Of a stretch of DNA of 64,000 bases, positions 58,801-64,000 are shown piece after piece. The notes beneath the pieces are model-generated. The model was not told the DNA's origin. It worked only from the letters and a program-made list of their open reading frames with translations, and ran no database searches. The position numbers and the translations under genes were made by a program. Position 1 is the stretch's first letter. The number at the start of each line of letters is the position of its first letter. This DNA is from Acidobacteriota bacterium (GTDB taxonomy: Bacteria; Acidobacteriota; UBA890; WLXD01): assembly GCA_965248695.1 (NCBI GenBank), contig CBDFKD010000002.1:320001-384000 (forward strand), in the 5' to 3' direction.

Positions 58801-59358
58801 CGCCACGACGGCCATGGAAGCGGCCCCGAGCACGCCCGACACACGCCGCAGCTCGCTGGTCTCCACGCTCTTGCCGAAGTCGATCTCGGGTCCTCGGTGC
58901 ACTGCCTGCTCGACCAGCTTCTCGACGAACTGCGGAGATACGTTGTCGTTGGGGTGGTGCTGTCCGGGTGATCCGAACTCGACTGCCGACACCAGCGCCG
59001 CGTCAACGTCGCTGTGCTCCTGGACGTACAGTGCAACCTGTTCGTCGGTCAGCCGGCGCCACAGAGGGCGCACCAGAAAACGGTAGAGACCGTAGGCCAG
59101 CACCGAGTACGTCGCACCGCTCAGAGCAATGACCGCCCAGGGCCGGTATCGGAACGCGTCCAATCCCCACGCCGCCAGCACGACCGTGACCAGCGCGGTT
59201 ACAAGGACAACCGCCAGGCCGCGCAGCAATACCCGCAGGCGCCATCGATTCCGCACTCGGCGGATGATGCCGAGCAGTCGCCGATACTCGACCGACTCGA
59301 ACGTCGTCAGCTTGCGAACGACCCGTCGCTCCGTCGGCGTCCTTCCGGTGTCACTCAC
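55813..59358 (-). CDS. Large membrane-anchored coiled-coil protein (DUF4175-like) of the MoxR cluster
   Basis: N-terminal TM segments, Ig-like region with A.DDYGL, Gly/Gln-rich coiled coils, C-terminal VPEEYRSLVEEYFRALA. Confidence 0.75.
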   Translation of the reverse strand: MSDTGRTPTERRVVRKLTTFESVEYRRLLGIIRRVRNRWRLRVLLRGLAVVLVTALVTVVLAAWGLDAFRYRPWAVIALSGATYSVLAYGLYRFLVRPLWRRLTDEQVALYVQEHSDVDAALVSAVEFGSPGQHHPNDNVSPQFVEKLVEQAVHRGPEIDFGKSVETSELRRVSGVLGAASMAVVAVALMNPAFLLDGARRLLTPFARAAAGTPYTIEVTPGDRQVARGGNQLVAALLFGFDSDEVEISFRIGDGEWDRQSMTADASTGAHQFMMFRLAGDAEYFVEASGVRSAVYRLEVVDVPYVERIDVELVFPDYSGLSPQTIEDGGDIAALVGTRARLRITPTVDVPAGSLKIEWLADGDGGEVLVETVPLETGPPAVASSGAGESGLRAELVVQRSGYYRVELSDFGGVVHEASSEYLIEALDDQPPTVAFDTPARDVRVTSIEEVFTEVTAEDDYGLARVDLIYSINGDERQTVPLMRGSSGDRRDLTAAHTFYLEDEELEPGDFIVYFARAEDNRVTGEAQSTSTDLYFMEVQPFDRRYRQADAGGGGGGGGGQGGGLGLARRQREVVSATFKIARDADSLSDEEKGNDLEFLAGVEDDLRAQVQQAQGQFGGLGSDEESLRGIDYLAEASKALGEASGELVDHDADGALQPEQRALQYLQRFEALFLDMQISQNQGGGGGGSAGDMAELEEMFEGQLDELDNQYESVRRERQNEVDTTVDEAMQRLTELARRQQQEIERQRAQGARSNNQGGGGSAQQREIAEQAEELARELERLGRRNSQRDLTDAANRLREAADAMRRSAASGGDASASESARALNDLQNARRLLDRNREGRLNRDLRDAQQRIAEMRENQAAIERQVDALGGAGGRTQERVDDLLERKDRLTDEIRGLERNLDDMARESRSEQMAASRALQEAAEWVRDEKLADKVRYSKGVVQERDPRYALGFEQEISDDLASLEGLIDTAAGSVEQSPGERLADAVDDTRDLIRRLESFEDRVRDSVEEDQQGQAGQQVEQGQQSGQSQAGQQGEPGDAGRQEGIAAREGARRGGALGGSNSGPPGARQFAREFRERVGDAEELRDRLAGEGMQTTDLDAVVRAMRDFEEEFQGTTRGLDELSSDVIDGLKLFEFWLRRVTQAEAGVRPQLAGSDRVPEEYRSLVEEYFRALAEEGSR

Positions 59359-59410
59359 AGACAGGGTTCACTCAAGACAGATATCACTTAAGACATGCAT
59401 CACTAAGACG
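59351..59410. repeat. Four degenerate ~16-bp tandem repeats (TCACT(C/T)AAGACA core) across an intergenic junction
   Basis: TCACTCACAGACA at 59351, TCACTCAAGACA at 59368, TCACTTAAGACA at 59384, TCACTAAGACG at 59400. Confidence 0.65.
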
Positions 59411-61508
59411 CTGGGGAATCGTGTGTCATGCCCACTCTCACACCAGCCCGCGGCGACAGGCGATTGGACAGCACGGTCTCTGCGACCAATACGAGCGCCG
59501 CCGCCACCAGCAGGTACCACCACAGCGATTGGCGTCCCTCGAGTTGGGTAGCCGTCGCCTGCTGTGGCCTGTTCGAGTCTACCTCGCCGCCTGTATCCCA
59601 AACGACTGCGGACGCCAGCTCCTCCTCGTCGAGCGCTCCCAGGTCGGCTTCCGAACGATCCAGGTTCACCGCCAGACTGCCAACACCGCCCGTCCAGGAG
59701 ACGCGGTGGAACCCTGGTCGGAGCCGCAGGCGATCGCCGGCGAGGCGCTCGACCGGCGCACCGGTCACCGAGACCACCTCGAGGCCATCGAGCGATTCAG
59801 CCGCGCGACCACCGCGCGCCGCTGTGGCGAGCTCCGCCAGGCTGAGTCCGCGGCCAGCGGTCAACCAGGCGTCCGTTTCGCGATACCCGGCCGCGTGCTT
59901 CGAGACCTCGTACAGCAACGGCAGAAACACCGGCTGCAACGGCAGGTCGGTCCAGAAAGTATCCAGAGAGCTGGTCCACACGAGCACCCGCCCTTCCCCG
60001 ATGCGCACCTCGACAAGCGCCGGCGAACCGTCGTCGTAGCGCGCCAAGACACCCTCGCCAGGCACCGGGTCGAGCAACCGATAACGGTAGAAGCGCGCCG
60101 CCGCCAGGTCGGCGCTGTCGGCGGATCGGAACACCTCGAAGATCGGATGATCGGAGTCGACGTACGCCAGCGTGGCGCCGAGATCACGGCTGCGATCGGC
60201 TTCCTCGCCCGACCCGAACGACAGCCATCCGATGCGTGTCGTCCCGCTCAGCTCTGCCAGGCCGAGCAAAACGCCGCCGCCGGCGCTGACGTACTCCTGC
60301 AGCGCGGCAACAGACCCGTTGTCGAGATCGCCAACGTCGTTCAGGATCACCAGGTCGTGGCGGTCAAGGCTCGTCGCCTGCAGGTCGCGAAGGGTCGCGC
60401 GCTCGACGCTGAACGGCGGCCGCGAGCCGATCCGTAAGGCGCGCTCGACATAGATCGCATCCGACTCGCTTGACGAGGCGTTCTGCACCAGCAACACCGA
60501 CAACGCTTGCGTCGGCGACGAGACGAAGTGGAACTCGTCGTCGCCCGCCAAGCCGTCGGACTCCACCCTCACGGTGCCGCGCAGCGTCTCCCCACCGTCA
60601 CCGAGCGCCTCGAACGCTACCCGTGCGGCGCCGCTTGGCGGCAAGCTGATCGTCTGCTCCTGCCGCTCGATGCCGTCCACCAGCAGCGAGACCGTTATCT
60701 CGCTCTCCGCCTCTCCACCTTGCCGAGTGATCCTGGCCGTCACCACCACACCATCGCGACCAGTACCGGCGTCAGCATCAGCATCCAGCCGTCGGCGCTC
60801 CAGCCCGATGCCGGCAACACCGATGTTGTGCGACGGAGCGTCGCTCAGGCTGATCGGGCGCAGCACCGTTCCCTGCGGCAGGTCGACGTCATCGTCCTCA
60901 CTCCACCCGACGCGTTGAAAGTCGCTGATCAACACAACCTCCCGGCCGGGCAGCGTGCTCGTGGCCAGGAGGCGCGCCGCGGCCCGTAATCCGGCCACGA
61001 TCCGCGTCGTCGATACCCCCGGCTGCGCACCCTGCAAGGCCGCCGTGATGGCGGCTCGATCGGGTGTCGATTCGACCGCGACTTCCGCGGTCTCGTCAAA
61101 GAACACCAGCGAGGCCAAATCACCTGCGACGAGACCTGCAGCCTCCCCGGCGACCGCGTCAAGTGCCCGCTCCCAGCGATCCTCATAGCCCATGCTCCAG
61201 CTCCGATCCAGCAAGATCACGATCTCGCGATCGCCGCGCGAGGCCGCCCCTGCGAGATCGACCCCGCCGAGAAAGGGCCGCGCGAACGCCAGAGCCAGGA
61301 GCAACAGGGCAGCGCAACGGGCGGCGAAGAGCAATCGGTGTCGCAGCTGCTGCCGCTGGACCGATCGGTACGGCACCCGCTCCAGGAACATCAGCGATGG
61401 GAACTCGACCGTGTCCGTTTTGGTGCGATTGCGGAGATGAACCCAGATCGGTATGGCGATCGCCGCCAGGCCGGCCAGAAAGGCGGGAACCAGAAAGGAC
61501 AGACCCAT
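59403..61508 (-). CDS. BatA N-terminal plus vWA domain membrane protein
   Basis: FL.P.FLAGL..IAIPIWVHL...FPSLMFL, ALAFARP, MIDAS DRSWSM, LISDFQ, C-terminal TM. Confidence 0.88.
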   Translation of the reverse strand: MGLSFLVPAFLAGLAAIAIPIWVHLRNRTKTDTVEFPSLMFLERVPYRSVQRQQLRHRLLFAARCAALLLLALAFARPFLGGVDLAGAASRGDREIVILLDRSWSMGYEDRWERALDAVAGEAAGLVAGDLASLVFFDETAEVAVESTPDRAAITAALQGAQPGVSTTRIVAGLRAAARLLATSTLPGREVVLISDFQRVGWSEDDDVDLPQGTVLRPISLSDAPSHNIGVAGIGLERRRLDADADAGTGRDGVVVTARITRQGGEAESEITVSLLVDGIERQEQTISLPPSGAARVAFEALGDGGETLRGTVRVESDGLAGDDEFHFVSSPTQALSVLLVQNASSSESDAIYVERALRIGSRPPFSVERATLRDLQATSLDRHDLVILNDVGDLDNGSVAALQEYVSAGGGVLLGLAELSGTTRIGWLSFGSGEEADRSRDLGATLAYVDSDHPIFEVFRSADSADLAAARFYRYRLLDPVPGEGVLARYDDGSPALVEVRIGEGRVLVWTSSLDTFWTDLPLQPVFLPLLYEVSKHAAGYRETDAWLTAGRGLSLAELATAARGGRAAESLDGLEVVSVTGAPVERLAGDRLRLRPGFHRVSWTGGVGSLAVNLDRSEADLGALDEEELASAVVWDTGGEVDSNRPQQATATQLEGRQSLWWYLLVAAALVLVAETVLSNRLSPRAGVRVGMTHDSPAS

Positions 61509-62437
61509 CAGCGGTTCCGCGTCAGGTGATGGCGCATCGTCAGGTAGCTGAACAGCGCGTGATCGAGCGGTTGGCTGGTATCGAGCAGCGCGTAGTCGAT
61601 GCGGCGCTGGCCGAGGCTATTTCGCAACGCGCCGATATGCTCCGCCACCAGCTCACGGTAGCGCTCCCGCAGCCGATCCGGGATGACCGGCAGGCTCTCG
61701 CCGGTTTCCATGTCGACGTAGTTGGCCGACTCCTCGAATGGGAACTCGATCTCGGCTCGGTCGAGAACGTGGAACACGAGCATGTCGTTGCCCTTGTAGC
61801 CGAGGCGCTGAATGCTGTCGAGCACGGCTGCCGGGTCTTCGTACAGGTCGGAGATCAGCACGACGATGCCGCGCCGAGGCGACGCTTCGGCGAGCTTCCA
61901 CATTGGCCTCTCGAGCCCGCTGGCGCCGCCAGGCTCGAGCCCGGCGATGGTATGCAATATCAGATCCAGATGCTTGGCGGCCGGCGGAACATAGTCCACC
62001 ACATCGTCGTTGAAGCTCAGAAAGCCAACGCGATCCCGCTGCTTGCCGGCGAAATACAACAGGCAGGCAGCCAAATAGCGCCCGTAGTCGAGCTTGCTGA
62101 GTCCGGACTGGGAGAAACCCATCGAGCGCGACACATCGAGCATGACGGTGAAGTTGGCGTTCGAATCCGCTTCGAACTGCTTGATATAGAAACGATCCGT
62201 ACGGCCGTAGACGCGCCAGTCGATCATGCGAATGTCATCGCCGGGCATGTACTGGCGGTGCTCGGCAAAATCGACCGACAGCCCGCGGTAGGGCGAGCGG
62301 TGGAAGCCACCGATGAAGCCTTCGACGACCGTACGCGCCAGCAACGCGAGGTTATTGATACGTCCCAGCACCAGCGGATCGATGAAACTCGATCCCGGCC
62401 GCGCGTGGCTACGCGTATCGTTGGCCATGGCCCGCAC
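61508..62437 (-). CDS. DUF58 (vWA-like) protein
   Basis: GFHRSPYRG.SVDFAEHRQYMPGDDIRMIDW, LDVSRSM, LISDL. Confidence 0.92.
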   Translation of the reverse strand: MRAMANDTRSHARPGSSFIDPLVLGRINNLALLARTVVEGFIGGFHRSPYRGLSVDFAEHRQYMPGDDIRMIDWRVYGRTDRFYIKQFEADSNANFTVMLDVSRSMGFSQSGLSKLDYGRYLAACLLYFAGKQRDRVGFLSFNDDVVDYVPPAAKHLDLILHTIAGLEPGGASGLERPMWKLAEASPRRGIVVLISDLYEDPAAVLDSIQRLGYKGNDMLVFHVLDRAEIEFPFEESANYVDMETGESLPVIPDRLRERYRELVAEHIGALRNSLGQRRIDYALLDTSQPLDHALFSYLTMRHHLTRNR

Positions 62438-62479
62438 TGTGAGGATTCTGCAGCACTCGTGTCTGCCTCGCTGTTGCAG

Positions 62480-63583
62480 CTACATGCTCGACCCGGGGAC
62501 CGGCACGGCGTCGAGCAGCTGTTCGACGATGTCGCCCGAGCCCACGCGCTCCGACTCGGCGTGGAAGTTGGTCAGGATACGGTGCCGCAGAACCGGCTTG
62601 GCGAGAGCGCGGATGTCGTCGAAGTCGACCGCATAGCGGCCGGTCATCAACGCCCGGGCCTTGCCACCGAGGATCAGATACTGGGCGGCGCGGACGCTGG
62701 CGCCGTAATCCACCCACTTACGGATGAACTCAGGTCCGTCGTCGGAGGGACGGCTAGCGCGCACCAGGTCGACGGCGTATCGCATGACGGCTTCGGCGAC
62801 CGGCACGCGGCGAACCAGCCGTTGGAAGGCGACGATCTCGGCTCCACTGACAACGGGCTCGAGCTCGATGTCCTGCTGCGAAGTCGTCGCCAGCACCACC
62901 TGCAGCTCTTCGTCGAGCGGCAGGTGCTCAATGATGATGTCGAACATGAAACGGTCCAGCTGAGCTTCTGGGAGTGGATAGGTGCCCTCTAGCTCGATCG
63001 GATTCTGCGTCGCGAAGACGAAAAAGGGCTCCTCCAGCTCGTACGTGGTCCCCTGGACGGTGACGCGATGCTCTTGCATCGCCTCCAGCAGCGCCGCCTG
63101 GGTCTTGGGAGGCGTCCGGTTGATCTCGTCAGCCAGGACGATGTTGGCGAAGATGGGCCCGGGAGCAAAAACGAGCGTGCGGCGCCCGGTCTCCGGGTCC
63201 TCCTGCACCAGGTCGGTACCGGTGATATCGGACGGCATCAGATCAGGAGTGAACTGGACGCGCGAGAACTTGAGATCCAGCACGTCGGCGATGGTCTGCA
63301 CGAGCAGGGTCTTTGCGAGCCCCGGGACACCAGTGATGATGCTGTTGCCGCCCACGAGCAGCGACATCAACACCTGCTCGACCACGGCGTCTTGCCCGAT
63401 GATCACCTTGCGCAGCTGATCGAGCACCTGCAAACGAGCCTCCCGCAGGCGATCTGCCAGAGCGATGTCGTCGGCCGCTGATAGCTCGTTTGTCGGGTCG
63501 CTGCTTTTCGACTCCGGTTCGACGTCGATCTCCGGGTCGACGACGATAGGCGCGGATTCCGCGACTTCTTCGGGTTCGCTCAT
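62480..63583 (-). CDS. moxR: MoxR-family AAA+ ATPase
   Basis: GVPGLAKT, RVQFTPDLMPSDITG, LADEINRTPPKTQAALLEAMQE, ATQNPIELEGTYPLPEAQLDRF. Confidence 0.95.
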   Translation of the reverse strand: MSEPEEVAESAPIVVDPEIDVEPESKSSDPTNELSAADDIALADRLREARLQVLDQLRKVIIGQDAVVEQVLMSLLVGGNSIITGVPGLAKTLLVQTIADVLDLKFSRVQFTPDLMPSDITGTDLVQEDPETGRRTLVFAPGPIFANIVLADEINRTPPKTQAALLEAMQEHRVTVQGTTYELEEPFFVFATQNPIELEGTYPLPEAQLDRFMFDIIIEHLPLDEELQVVLATTSQQDIELEPVVSGAEIVAFQRLVRRVPVAEAVMRYAVDLVRASRPSDDGPEFIRKWVDYGASVRAAQYLILGGKARALMTGRYAVDFDDIRALAKPVLRHRILTNFHAESERVGSGDIVEQLLDAVPVPGSSM

Positions 63584-63597
63584 GAATTTTCCTGTTC

Positions 63598-64000
63598 TCA
63601 GTGGAGCATTGAGTACATGACGTAGTTGACGCCCAGCTTGAACGCGTCGTTCGTCAAGTCGATCTCGAGATAGGGGCTTCCGGCAAACTCCCAGTACTCG
63701 CCGATGTCGTTGTCGTAGTTGACGATCATCATCAGGCGCTTGTCCGGGTCGTTGTCTTCGAAAAGCCCGAAGTAGCGTGGCGAACCGCCACCCTGGTACC
63801 CGGAGTACTGGCCACCGCCGAAATACAGGTCGTCGATATCGAAGAAGGCGTGGAAGACCGGATGGCTGGCGGCGAGCTCGACGAAGTCGCCCCCGGGAAT
63901 CACCTTCTGCATCTCGTCCTGAAAGTTGTACCAGTGGTAGCCAACGAAGTCGTCGACCACCACGAAGCCTCCCTTGAGCATGTAGTTGCGCAGGTTCTCG
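63598..64000 (-). CDS. DUF4159 domain protein (5' part beyond the window edge)
   Basis: NLRNYMLKGGFVVVDDF, HPVFH.FFDI, NDIGEYWE, AFKLGVNYVMY. Confidence 0.8.
   Translation of the reverse strand, partial: ENLRNYMLKGGFVVVDDFVGYHWYNFQDEMQKVIPGGDFVELAASHPVFHAFFDIDDLYFGGGQYSGYQGGGSPRYFGLFEDNDPDKRLMMIVNYDNDIGEYWEFAGSPYLEIDLTNDAFKLGVNYVMYSMLH

Noticed and set aside
59351-59410. Mini CRISPR array
   Set aside because: Units of about 12 bp with 4-bp gaps are far too short, and there are no cas genes.

Overview
High-GC (roughly two-thirds, by eye) bacterial chromosomal window. Two ADOP-type duplicated ABC permeases and a DUF4159/MoxR/vWA cluster suggest Acidobacteriota or a similar lineage; this is an inference. 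The main feature is a set of nested mobile elements at 5.7-18.2 kb inside the second ABC permease gene. (i) A 7.27-kb IS1595-family transporter element (6995-14261; 23-bp IRs, 8-bp TSD AATCTTTT) carries a two-gene restriction-modification system: a fused PD-(D/E)xK nuclease/N6-methyltransferase plus a two-TRD specificity subunit, in an operon with the transposase. (ii) An IS3 and an IS256 both sit inside the fused R-M gene. (iii) An IS21 lies further along the permease. All four TSDs are intact, so the ancestral genes can be rebuilt by hand, apart from three single-base +1 indels. The rest of the window contains a GbsR/MarR regulator, hydrolases and peptidases, an orphan sigma54 activator, an SBP56/membrane protein/peroxiredoxin trio, a hydroxyproline epimerase-oxidase pair, a phosphorelay with no DNA-binding output coupled to a HEAT-repeat protein and a processive GT2, a GGDEF-EAL protein, divergent ligD/ku with a MerR-HTH/TPR gene, and a MoxR-DUF58-vWA operon. 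Small CTAG-flanked palindromes/MITE-like elements recur at gene ends. I saw no rRNA, tRNA or CRISPR array. Family assignments come from motif recognition only; no database was searched.
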